A stretch of 64,000 nucleotides of DNA from Gemmatimonadaceae bacterium (GTDB lineage Bacteria > Gemmatimonadota > Gemmatimonadetes > Gemmatimonadales > Gemmatimonadaceae). Both the position numbers and the translations under genes were made by a program. Shown here piece by piece: positions 18,617-27,426 of this stretch; positions within the stretch are counted from its first letter, which is position 1, and every line of letters begins with the position of its first letter. The stretch covers positions 1,312,001 through 1,376,000 of the forward strand of contig JBJMOW010000005.1 in the NCBI GenBank assembly GCA_045803545.1, in the 5' to 3' direction. Below the pieces are notes generated by a model that did no database searches, had not been told where the DNA came from, and saw only the letters and a program-made list of their open reading frames with translations.

Positions 18617-19108
18617 TTGCGAATGTTTTGCGTTGGCGCCGCCACCCTTCTGTTAACGACAGCCTGTCTTCCTCGGCTTTCGACGGGGCCGGCGCCAACG
18701 CAGACGACAGCCTTCGGCGACCGAATCAGAGTTTGGCATCGGAGTCCATGCTGCGCCAACCCGATAATCGGTGTTGAGGACTCGCTGACAGACGACGCGC
18801 TGTGGGTAAGAGCCGAGCGTGATCAGGCGCGGCTGACGGTGCCCAGGGCGTCGATCACCCACGTCGACAAGTGGATCAAAGTCAATCCGCCGCCCGCTGG
18901 CAAGCTATACGCTGTGAGCTTTGCGGCCGGCGCTGGCTTAGGTCTTCTGCTCGATGTTTTCATGTGGAGGCTATCTCGGCCGGACCCCTGGAACTACCAC
19001 GGCCGCTTCATAATTGGTGGCGCCGTCGCCGGATTACTCGCCGGAACGGTGTTTGGTGCTTTGGAAGACGCCAGATGGGAAGCGGCATCTATACCATCGA
19101 CCCGCTAG
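18617..19108 (+). CDS. Hypothetical lipoprotein with C-terminal glycine-rich hydrophobic hairpin
   Basis: TTG start after GGAG; lipobox LTTAC; ends GAVAGLLAG...RWEAASI. Confidence 0.6.
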   Translation: MRMFCVGAATLLLTTACLPRLSTGPAPTQTTAFGDRIRVWHRSPCCANPIIGVEDSLTDDALWVRAERDQARLTVPRASITHVDKWIKVNPPPAGKLYAVSFAAGAGLGLLLDVFMWRLSRPDPWNYHGRFIIGGAVAGLLAGTVFGALEDARWEAASIPSTR

Positions 19109-19217
19109 CGAGGAATTCCCGAAAGACATCGTAGCGCCGCCGAAAACCGCCGGGTGTTATTCGCCTGAAGTGTCTAGAACGTGGAACTAAATTACAGGTC
19201 CACGGAGGACACTTCGC

Positions 19218-20072
19218 ATGATCAGCAGGACCGCTCTCAGCTGCGCCGTCGCATTCGCCATCAGCGCCCAGTCGCTCGCCGGGCAATCAACCGAAGAACG
19301 GTCGATTCGCTCACTTTCCCAGCAGTGGCAGCAATACATCGCCGAGAAAAACATTGATCGCATTGTTGCGCTGCATACCACTGATGCGGTGGTGATGCCG
19401 TCGAACCTTCCAGTGGCGAAGGGAGGGGGGTCGATCAGGGCGATGTACAACGATCTCGTAAATACGCCCGGGCTGAAGCTTCACTGGGTGCCGACCAAGA
19501 TCGACATCGCCAGTCCACGCGTCGCCACCGAATACGGAACCTACAATCAGTCTTACGAGACGTCCCGCGGACGGACCAGTGAGAGCGGCAACTATGTCAC
19601 GATCTGGCACAAAGTGAACGGTCAGTGGCGAATCGCAGTTGATGCCCCGATCAGCACCGTGCCGATGCCGGCAGCGTGGCCAGCGGAAACGTCGCAGATG
19701 GTCGCGCGGTCCAATGAGCAGTTGACGTGGAACGATTTTTCGCCGCCAGGATTCCCGGCGGGCGGGAAAATCACCGTGCTGCAAGGCGATCCATTCAGTC
19801 CTGGCCAGTTTGTGCTGCGGCTCCAGTTACCGGATGGGTATCAGATTCCGCTGCATTGGCATCCGACGGGAGAGTACGTAACGGTGATCTCGGGCGAAGC
19901 GCAATTCGGGATGGGAAACGCGGTCGACATGAGCTCGACGCAACATTTCCACGCCGGGGATTTCGCGTTCATTCCCGCCCGCCAGTCGCACTACGGTCGC
20001 GCGAGCGGGACGACCGTGCTGCAGATCAGCGGGCAGGGGCCGTTTCAACTCAATACCGGGGTTCCGAAATAG
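19218..20072 (+). CDS. Exported DUF4440 (NTF2) plus cupin fusion, copy 2
   Basis: Paralog of 17751-18605 (shared 'ASPRVATEYGTY', 'GNYVTIWHKVNG', 'HWHP'). Confidence 0.85.
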   Translation: MISRTALSCAVAFAISAQSLAGQSTEERSIRSLSQQWQQYIAEKNIDRIVALHTTDAVVMPSNLPVAKGGGSIRAMYNDLVNTPGLKLHWVPTKIDIASPRVATEYGTYNQSYETSRGRTSESGNYVTIWHKVNGQWRIAVDAPISTVPMPAAWPAETSQMVARSNEQLTWNDFSPPGFPAGGKITVLQGDPFSPGQFVLRLQLPDGYQIPLHWHPTGEYVTVISGEAQFGMGNAVDMSSTQHFHAGDFAFIPARQSHYGRASGTTVLQISGQGPFQLNTGVPK

Positions 20073-20169
20073 GATTGAGCGTCACAGCCAATCGGAGTTA
20101 CCAGACGGGGTTGAGCCGTTCGGACCAACGGCCAGTCCGGAGTCCGGACTAACTGAGGAGTGCGGAATA

Positions 20170-22092
20170 TTACTTCGGCGACCAGGAGTTGTTGGTTGAG
20201 TCCGCATCGACCCAGATACCGGTGTCGAGCGTCGCGGACTGAACGGTTTTGCTCGTCCTGATCGGGACGATAGTGTGCTTCGGGTCGTGCGCCCAGATAC
20301 CGGCGGTCTGGTGGAATGTCTGGGTCGTTCCGTCGGTGAACTTGGCGACAACGTCGACGGGAACGGGCATCCCGCCAACGTTACCGATGTGAACGTCGTA
20401 TCCGTTGCCAGTTTTCTCGACTGCCAGGAGCGCGAGGTCGATGTTGCCCGAATTGAAGAACCATCCATTCCAGAACCAATTGAGATTCTGCCCGGTGATG
20501 TTGTTCACCGAGTTGAAGAAATCCCACGGGATCGGATGCTTGCCGTGCCAACGATCCATGAAGCCGTGTAAGGCCGCGCGGAACTGGGTGTCGCCAAGCA
20601 TGTCCTTGAGCGCAAGGTAGCCGAGGGCGGGTTTGCCGTACGAGTTGTCACCGTAGGCGGCGCCGGTGAGTGCGTCAGTGGGCGTGATGATTGGAAGATC
20701 CTCGAGCGAGGAGGGATTGCCCGCCCACCCGCTGACGCGGAACTGCTTGAAGAATCCGCTGGCGCGGTCGACGCCGAGGTCAGAGACGCCGATCAGATAC
20801 TCGAATGCCGTCGCCCAGCCTTCGTCCATGTAGGCGTAGCGGGTCTCGTTGATCCCCATATAAAACGGGAACCAGCTGTGCGCGATCTCGTGCTCGACGA
20901 CGAAGCGCGCGAAGACGGTGTCGGGGAAGGCTTCGTCGTTGACGAACATCGGATACTCCATGTCCGCCGTTCCCTGTACCACCGTCGTTTTCTCAAATGG
21001 GTAGGGCACCCCTGGCCAGTTGTGGGAGAGCCACTCCAGGCTGTGACGGCCGTACTGGACCATGTGATGATAGTCTGCTGCCGTGTCGTTATACGAAGCC
21101 TGCACAATGGAGCGGCGCCGAGTGGTGCTGTCGACGATGACACTCGCACCATCCCACACGTAATGATCGCTGAGATTGAACGCCATGTCGGAAATGTCGC
21201 GGGCGCGGAATCGCCAGGTATTCCGTGATTGCTTCGTCACCCTCTTCGCAGTCATGTCGGCAAGGGTCGCGACGTTGATGGTCTGGTCGGATGTCATCGA
21301 CCGATTGAAACGATCGAGGATCGCCGGCTGGAGAACGTCGGCGGCGTTGAGCAGCGTGCCCGTCCCCCATACGACGAAATTCGCCGGCACCGTGATCGCG
21401 ACATCGTAGTCATTGAAGTCGCTGTAGAACTCCTGCATGTCGGTGAAGTTCATGGTGTCCCAGCCATCATAGTCGTCGAACACCGCGACACGCGGATAGA
21501 AGTAGGCGAGGAAATACGTCGTCGAGTCGAGCATTCCCTCGCGCCCGCTCTCCAGCGAGATCGGATAGTGCCACTTGAAGCTCAAATGCACCGAGTCGTG
21601 CGGCAGCAGTGGCGTCGACAACGGAAAACGTTGCCAGGTGAAAGTCTGCGCGCCGCCCGGCCACGCTGCGCTGAGCCCATTCACCGCGAATGACTCGACC
21701 GTCACTCCCTCGGTGAGATAGTCGGCTCGCGCACCACCCATCCGCGGTGCGCCCGGCTTGTGGATGTTCAGCAAGAGCTTGATCACCGGGTTCCGCAGGG
21801 TGTCGGGGCTGTTGTTGTAGTAGGTGATCTCCTCGCTGCCGCGGACGTTCCGGTCAGGCGGAAGCGCCGTGATCGCGATGTCGTAGCGACCGCGATTCTG
21901 CCAGTACTTGGGGCCGGGGCGCCCGTCGGCCGAGCGGGTGCCGTTGCGAAATGCACGCTGGATATTGCGCGGCATGTAGAGCGCAGTCGCCGGCGTCGTT
22001 AACGGAGTTGGTGAGACGATGGGTGCGGGCGCGCATCCGACAGCGGCGACGATTACGAGTCCAAGCGCGTGCAGGCGCATTCGGAGATCCAT
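20170..22092 (-). CDS. M1 family metallo-aminopeptidase, lipoprotein
   Basis: 'GRPGPKYWQN', 'MEYPM', HEIAH..WF, 'MDEG', 'YGKP'; lipobox AVGC. Start 22092 or 22080. Confidence 0.9.
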   Translation of the reverse strand: MDLRMRLHALGLVIVAAVGCAPAPIVSPTPLTTPATALYMPRNIQRAFRNGTRSADGRPGPKYWQNRGRYDIAITALPPDRNVRGSEEITYYNNSPDTLRNPVIKLLLNIHKPGAPRMGGARADYLTEGVTVESFAVNGLSAAWPGGAQTFTWQRFPLSTPLLPHDSVHLSFKWHYPISLESGREGMLDSTTYFLAYFYPRVAVFDDYDGWDTMNFTDMQEFYSDFNDYDVAITVPANFVVWGTGTLLNAADVLQPAILDRFNRSMTSDQTINVATLADMTAKRVTKQSRNTWRFRARDISDMAFNLSDHYVWDGASVIVDSTTRRRSIVQASYNDTAADYHHMVQYGRHSLEWLSHNWPGVPYPFEKTTVVQGTADMEYPMFVNDEAFPDTVFARFVVEHEIAHSWFPFYMGINETRYAYMDEGWATAFEYLIGVSDLGVDRASGFFKQFRVSGWAGNPSSLEDLPIITPTDALTGAAYGDNSYGKPALGYLALKDMLGDTQFRAALHGFMDRWHGKHPIPWDFFNSVNNITGQNLNWFWNGWFFNSGNIDLALLAVEKTGNGYDVHIGNVGGMPVPVDVVAKFTDGTTQTFHQTAGIWAHDPKHTIVPIRTSKTVQSATLDTGIWVDADSTNNSWSPK

Positions 22093-22238
22093 AAGAGTTG
22101 GTGTTAACTGCCATGTACCTCGTGAACGAGGTATTCTAACGCGCGGTTTCATCTACTGCGCGGCGGGCCTCTCTATAGACCGCGACGCCGTGTCTCGGTT
22201 TTGTAAACGCAATCAAGAAGTGCTACGTTAGCCCGGCC

Positions 22239-23210
22239 ATGATCCTGCACGAGCGCTGGTTTCTCGACGAATCGAAGTTTCCGGTTCAATTCGACACCTG
22301 GAACACTCCGCAGGCGCTGATCCCGGTCGGTATTGCGGTCGGCGTCACCGCCATCGCGACGATCATCTACCGTATGCGCGGCGGGCACAACGTGATCCCC
22401 GGCCCGATCCAGCTCGGCATGCCTTGGGAGAACTACATCAAGCTTCTCAGCTGGATGCCGCTCGTCATCGGCGTGCATCTCGGTGTCACATTGCTGGTCA
22501 GCGGAGTAAGCCGCCAACTCTTCATCCCTAATCTCGTCCTGCCGCTCAACCTGCTCGGCGGCGTGCTCGGGATGATCGAGATCGCGATCGCGCTCAGTTT
22601 CATCTACGGTGCGCTGGCGCGACCGGCGGCGGCGGTGCTGGCGTTTATCTGGCTCGTTGGAACGATGGTATTCGGTCCGCTCCGGCTCATCGAGCATACT
22701 GAGATACTCGGCATCGCGTTCTTCATTTTCGCGACTGGACGTGGTCCGCTCGCGTTCGACCAGGCGCTCGATCGTCTCAACAAGCCGGTCGATCAGCTCA
22801 TTCCCTACGCCGTCCCGGTGCTGCGCGTCGCCCTCGGCATCGCGCTCACAGTCGTTGCGTTCACGGAGAAGATCTGGAACGTCCCAATGGCCGTCGCCTT
22901 CCTGCAGGACCATCACTTCAATTTCTTTCCTTACATCGGCATGACATCGGTCGACAATGTCAGGTTCGTGCTGATCGCGGGGACCATCGAGCTGATCGTG
23001 GGGCTGATGCTGATTACGGGCTCATACGTGCGGCTGGTGATTCTGATCACGTTGGTTCCGTTCAATCTCACGCTCCCGTTCATGGGATGGCGGGAGCTCG
23101 TGGGCCATCTGCCGACTTACGGCATCCTTGCATTGCTGCTGTTATGGGGAGATGAGCGGCCGGGAGAGCGCGGCACGTTAGTGCGAGCGTTGCGTGGTGC
23201 GCGAGTTTGA
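22239..23210 (+). CDS. DoxX-like multi-pass membrane protein
   Basis: About 8-9 TMs; N-terminal HERWF; 'LRV..G......EK', 'IEL..G', 'ELVGHLP'. Confidence 0.65.
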   Translation: MILHERWFLDESKFPVQFDTWNTPQALIPVGIAVGVTAIATIIYRMRGGHNVIPGPIQLGMPWENYIKLLSWMPLVIGVHLGVTLLVSGVSRQLFIPNLVLPLNLLGGVLGMIEIAIALSFIYGALARPAAAVLAFIWLVGTMVFGPLRLIEHTEILGIAFFIFATGRGPLAFDQALDRLNKPVDQLIPYAVPVLRVALGIALTVVAFTEKIWNVPMAVAFLQDHHFNFFPYIGMTSVDNVRFVLIAGTIELIVGLMLITGSYVRLVILITLVPFNLTLPFMGWRELVGHLPTYGILALLLLWGDERPGERGTLVRALRGARV

Positions 23211-23320
23211 TTGAGGGCAGAAGCCTCACAGCATCGATCGCGGACTAATTGAGGATTCACGACGGTGGGCGTATGATTTAGCGCGCTGTTGCTGGACGAA
23301 CCTTGGCTCCGAGGTGTGAA

Positions 23321-24655
23321 GTGCGGCGTCTCTCTCTTCTCGCGTTCGTTTGTCTTGTCGCAGCACCCGCTGCAAACGCGCAGAATCTGCGCGACAAGAT
23401 TTCCGATCTATTTATCTTCGGACCCGGGCAACAACCGCTGTTTCTCGCGGGCTCCGGCGATCCAAACAATCCGCTTTCGATTCAGGCGCACGGCGCGCAT
23501 TTCATTCCCGCCTCCAACGCTGAGAACGCCGCGCTGATCTCGTTCCTCACCGATGCGTTGGGCGTGAGCATCGGGAGTATTCCAATTGGATCGACCAGCG
23601 GTGGCGAGACTTTTCGGTTCGAGGCGGGGCTGCCGGTGCTCGTCTCTACTTCATCGGGTCCGATCTTCGCCGAGCGAGCGCAGACATTGGGACGCGGGCA
23701 CATGCTGGCCGGAATCAGCAGGACCGGATTCCGGTTTGCGACTCTGCGCGGCGTCGACATGGGCGACATCAATCTCGTGTTCACTCACCAGAACGTCGAT
23801 TTCCCGGGATGCAGTGCGCAGTTCGGCGGCGACTGTGCGCTGTACGGCGTCCCGCGCCTCGAGAACGACGCGATGGATTTCCATCTGTCGATGGATCTCG
23901 ACGTCAGAGTCACGTCGATGTATTTCACTTACGGCGTCGGAGATCGCTTCGACTTCGGTGTCGTCGTCCCGATCGTGCAGTCGGAATTTCGCGGACAGAG
24001 CGATGCGCAGATCCGGCCGTTCGGGGGCGATAGCGCACTTCACTACTTCGCGGGCACGCCTTCCAATCCCATATTGACGGCGCATCGCGAAAGTCTTGGG
24101 TCCGCCGCCGGGCTGGGCGATGTCGCACTGCGTTTCAAGCTGAACCTCCGAAACGCACCGGAGGGGGGCTTCGCGCTCCTTGTCGACGGCCGGTTCCCAA
24201 CCGGCAGCCAGGAAGACCTGCTCGGCTCGGGCAAATTTTCCGGCCGCGCGTTGATGATCTTCAATTCCAAGATCGCGGATTTTTCGCCGCACCTGAACGC
24301 CGGCTATTTGTATCACGCCGATAGGACGCAGAACGACGCCATTCTGGGAACGATCGGTTTCGATCAACGCCTCGCTGACGCGTTTACGCTGGCTGCCGAC
24401 CTCGTGACCGAGCTGCAGGTGGGAGACAGCAAGCTGCCACTGCCGGGGATCGTCACCTACGACTCACCGTTCCGGCGGACGCTCAACCCGACAAACATTC
24501 CACAGATGCGGGATGACATCGTGAACGGGTCTTTCGGCTTCAAGATCGCGCCGGCGCGGAAGACAACGATCGTGCTGAATACTTTGTTCCCACTCAATCG
24601 TGGTGGGCTGCGCCCGAATCTCGTCTACACCGCGGGGATCGAGTACACCTTCTAG
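23321..24655 (+). CDS. Putative outer-membrane beta-barrel (MetA-pathway/'transporter' family-like)
   Basis: Signal peptide; 'ERAQTLGRG', 'GLGDV.LR.K', 'PTG...LLGSG'; terminal 'GIEYTF' beta-signal. Confidence 0.7.
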   Translation: MRRLSLLAFVCLVAAPAANAQNLRDKISDLFIFGPGQQPLFLAGSGDPNNPLSIQAHGAHFIPASNAENAALISFLTDALGVSIGSIPIGSTSGGETFRFEAGLPVLVSTSSGPIFAERAQTLGRGHMLAGISRTGFRFATLRGVDMGDINLVFTHQNVDFPGCSAQFGGDCALYGVPRLENDAMDFHLSMDLDVRVTSMYFTYGVGDRFDFGVVVPIVQSEFRGQSDAQIRPFGGDSALHYFAGTPSNPILTAHRESLGSAAGLGDVALRFKLNLRNAPEGGFALLVDGRFPTGSQEDLLGSGKFSGRALMIFNSKIADFSPHLNAGYLYHADRTQNDAILGTIGFDQRLADAFTLAADLVTELQVGDSKLPLPGIVTYDSPFRRTLNPTNIPQMRDDIVNGSFGFKIAPARKTTIVLNTLFPLNRGGLRPNLVYTAGIEYTF

Positions 24656-26370
24656 TGCATCGAAATCAGTCTCCACGCATTGCCGTCGCGTTGGAAGCTC
24701 GCCGCGACGCTGACGCTTTCGTGCTTGCTCTCGTTTTCGGCGGACACGTAGTCATAGCGGCCGGCCAGCGTCGCTTCGGCTGAAGTAGTCGTACTCGAGA
24801 GGTCCTCGATACGGAACGTGACGTTGATGGTTTTCGCGCGCTGGAAGAAATCGAGCAACCCGCGCGCTTGCGATGCGCTGATGTTGGGATGGATGCGGCG
24901 CACGGCGGCCATGTCCTTCGTCTCGATCGCCCGCGCATAAGCGTCTACCACTGGCGTTAGATCACTCGCGGTTGCCGGCTTTGGCGGCGGCGGCGCGGGT
25001 GGCGTCTCCCTCGGCGTCTCCACCGGCTTTTGCACCACGAGCTGTGGCGTTGTGACCACCGGCTGTTGCACCGGAGCGGATTGCGCCGGCGTTTGGGTGA
25101 CGGTGTTCGCCGTAGAGGTGGGCGGGGCCAGCTGCCTCGCCGGTGAAGTGGCCGCCACTCGCTGCGGCGTCGGCTTCTGAGCCGTGGTTGTCGTGCGTGA
25201 ATTACGCGCGGTCTCCTTGCGCTCGTTCTTTGGCGCTGGAGGCGCCGAGACCGGTGTTGGCAAAGCGTTGCTGACGCTCACTTCGGTGGCCGGAGGTTGA
25301 GCCGTTGTCGTGGAGGGCGCCGCGGGCACAACCGAGTCGCGCGTCACGTTCTGACTCGTGACCGCTGAATTGGCGTTGCGAGGTCTGCCGACTTCCGACC
25401 AGACTATCAACAATACCACCGCTGCCAGGGCGGCCAGGCCGGCGATCATGAAATTTCTCGAGCGCGACTCCGCCTTCTTCCGCGCCTGTTCGATTGCGCT
25501 TGATACCGAGGCGCTGAGCGACACCGATTCCGGGTACGCTGGCCCACTGAGTTTCGCGCGGACGGCGCTCAACTCGTTCGCCATAACCAGTGCGTTGGCG
25601 TACCGATCCTTGGGATCCTTTGCCATCGCCTTCTGCACGATCGAGTCGAATGACCGAGGCAGATTCGGCATCAGGGCTGAAACGGGCTTTGGATCTTCGG
25701 TGATGATGCGGAAGAAGAGATTTTGCAGCGTCGGGCCTTCAAACGGCTTCATGTTCGTCAGCAGCTGGTAGAGAACGCCGCCGACGGCGAAGATGTCAGT
25801 CTGCTCCGTCGTCTTCCCTTCCGTGATCTGCTCCGGCGCCATGTAACTCGGCGTGCCCAGCAGGGATCCCGTGGTGGTCATGCTCGACGAGGCGAGGTGG
25901 GCAACGCCGAAATCCATGATCTTGGCGCGGCCATCGCCGGTGACGCGAATGTTCGCCGGCTTGATGTCGCGGTGGATGATTCCGCGTTTGTGCGCGAACG
26001 ACAGCCCGGTGAGGACGTCGATCATGATATCCAGCTTCGCCTGCAGCGACAGCAGCTGCCCCGACTCCATCAGCTTCTCGAGATCGATTCCCTCGACGAA
26101 CTCCATCGCGATGAAGAGGTGGCCGTCCACATCGCCCAGGTCGAAGATGGTGACGACATTGGGATGCTGGAGGGAAGCTGCGGCCTGCGCTTCGTGGAGG
26201 AAGCGGCGGCGCAGATCGTCCTGCCGCGCGATCGACTCGTTCATGACTTTGATCGCGACCGACCGATCGAGCACGGTATCCCGTCCGCGATACACGACTC
26301 CCATCGCGCCCTCGCCAACGAGCTCGACGATCTTGTACTTGCCGATGTCGGGGTACTGGGTATCGGTCAT
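24652..26370 (-). CDS. Membrane-bound Ser/Thr protein kinase with Pro/Thr linker and C-terminal NTF2-like domain
   Basis: GEGAMG, VAIK, HRDIKPAN, DFG, GTPSYMAPE; single TM. Confidence 0.92.
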   Translation of the reverse strand: MTDTQYPDIGKYKIVELVGEGAMGVVYRGRDTVLDRSVAIKVMNESIARQDDLRRRFLHEAQAAASLQHPNVVTIFDLGDVDGHLFIAMEFVEGIDLEKLMESGQLLSLQAKLDIMIDVLTGLSFAHKRGIIHRDIKPANIRVTGDGRAKIMDFGVAHLASSSMTTTGSLLGTPSYMAPEQITEGKTTEQTDIFAVGGVLYQLLTNMKPFEGPTLQNLFFRIITEDPKPVSALMPNLPRSFDSIVQKAMAKDPKDRYANALVMANELSAVRAKLSGPAYPESVSLSASVSSAIEQARKKAESRSRNFMIAGLAALAAVVLLIVWSEVGRPRNANSAVTSQNVTRDSVVPAAPSTTTAQPPATEVSVSNALPTPVSAPPAPKNERKETARNSRTTTTAQKPTPQRVAATSPARQLAPPTSTANTVTQTPAQSAPVQQPVVTTPQLVVQKPVETPRETPPAPPPPKPATASDLTPVVDAYARAIETKDMAAVRRIHPNISASQARGLLDFFQRAKTINVTFRIEDLSSTTTSAEATLAGRYDYVSAENESKHESVSVAASFQRDGNAWRLISMH

Positions 26371-26474
26371 GGACGTGCATGTTCACGGCCGAGGTCAGGA
26401 CGGCCGATGTACCGAGAATATTGGGGTCTTCGCGGCTTAGGGCAATGACTGGCGGCGGAGGACTAACAGCGTTT

Positions 26475-26623
26475 TGACTGAGGCCCGAGGACTAAGTGCA
26501 TCGATCATCGCGGACTTATTGCTGATCGATGACAACCGAGAACGAGCGCTCAAAGTCCTCAGTTGTCTGCAATTCTCACTTAGTCCGCTATCGTAGATGC
26601 ACTTAGTAGTCGGGCCTCAGTCA
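26475..26623. repeat. REP/MITE-like palindromic element (family copy A)
   Basis: TGACTGAGGCCCGA/TCGGGCCTCAGTCA termini, ACTAAGTGCATC/GATGCACTTAGT, GCGGACT/AGTCCGC, GACAAC/GTTGTC; homologous to 61837-61983. Confidence 0.85.
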
Positions 26624-27366
26624 GCAATAGCCTTCGATTTCAGCGAGGAATCAAACAGCTCGATGAGTTTATCAAACCCTCTTTCCGCACTCCGCGGATC
26701 GAACATCTCGCGGCCGGGGATCATCCAGCCATGCCGCGCATTGTAAGTCTCGCTGGCGAATTCGCCGCCCCATTTCTCCAGAGCGGACTCGAACATCTCG
26801 ACCTGGCCCGCGGTCATGCTATTGTCGTTGGTCGCGTGGCCGAAGTAGAGGCGGGCTTTTACGCGCGGCAGTGCGCGGTGCGGGCTGGTGTCTTCGTCCT
26901 TGTACAAACCGCCGCCGTGGAAGGACGCCGCGGCGCCGATGCGATCGGGTCGAGCTGCTGCGATGCGCAGCGCGAATTGCCCGGAATAGCAGAATCCTAC
27001 AACGCCCATTGGGCCACCGCTCACGGACGCTTGTGAAGCGAGAAAGTCGACGTAGGACCGGCCATCACGCTCCATTGTATCGGGGGTGAGGGGAGCGGTC
27101 AGCTCCCCGGCGCGCGCCTTCGTCTTCGGATCCTGAAAATCGAAGTTCTCAAAGAAGGGCGGTTTGCCGGCGCGATAGAAAATGTTCGGCAGCAGCACGG
27201 TGTAGCCGTGCTCGGCGATGCGTTTCGCCAGGTCGACGTAAGCCGGGCGGACTGCCCAGATATCAGTGAGGACGATTACGCCCGGATTGCTGTCGTTGTC
27301 TGGGCGAACCAGTGTCGCGTCCAAGACGCCGTCGGAAGTGCGAATGTCGACTTTTTCTTCAGTCAT
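26617..27366 (-). CDS. Dienelactone hydrolase family protein
   Basis: 'GY.VL.PN.FYR', nucleophile motif GFCYSG, 'SFHGG', 'HGW'. Confidence 0.92.
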   Translation of the reverse strand: MTEEKVDIRTSDGVLDATLVRPDNDSNPGVIVLTDIWAVRPAYVDLAKRIAEHGYTVLLPNIFYRAGKPPFFENFDFQDPKTKARAGELTAPLTPDTMERDGRSYVDFLASQASVSGGPMGVVGFCYSGQFALRIAAARPDRIGAAASFHGGGLYKDEDTSPHRALPRVKARLYFGHATNDNSMTAGQVEMFESALEKWGGEFASETYNARHGWMIPGREMFDPRSAERGFDKLIELFDSSLKSKAIAD

Positions 27367-27426
27367 TGGCTTCGGTACTGGCGATTGGATTTCAAAGTTC
27401 TAGAATAGGCAGCAAAGGAGATCACG

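Noticed and set aside
20073..20165. Cluster of short hairpins between convergent genes
   Set aside because: Stems are short and adequately explained as a bidirectional terminator or decayed repeat; no firm call possible.
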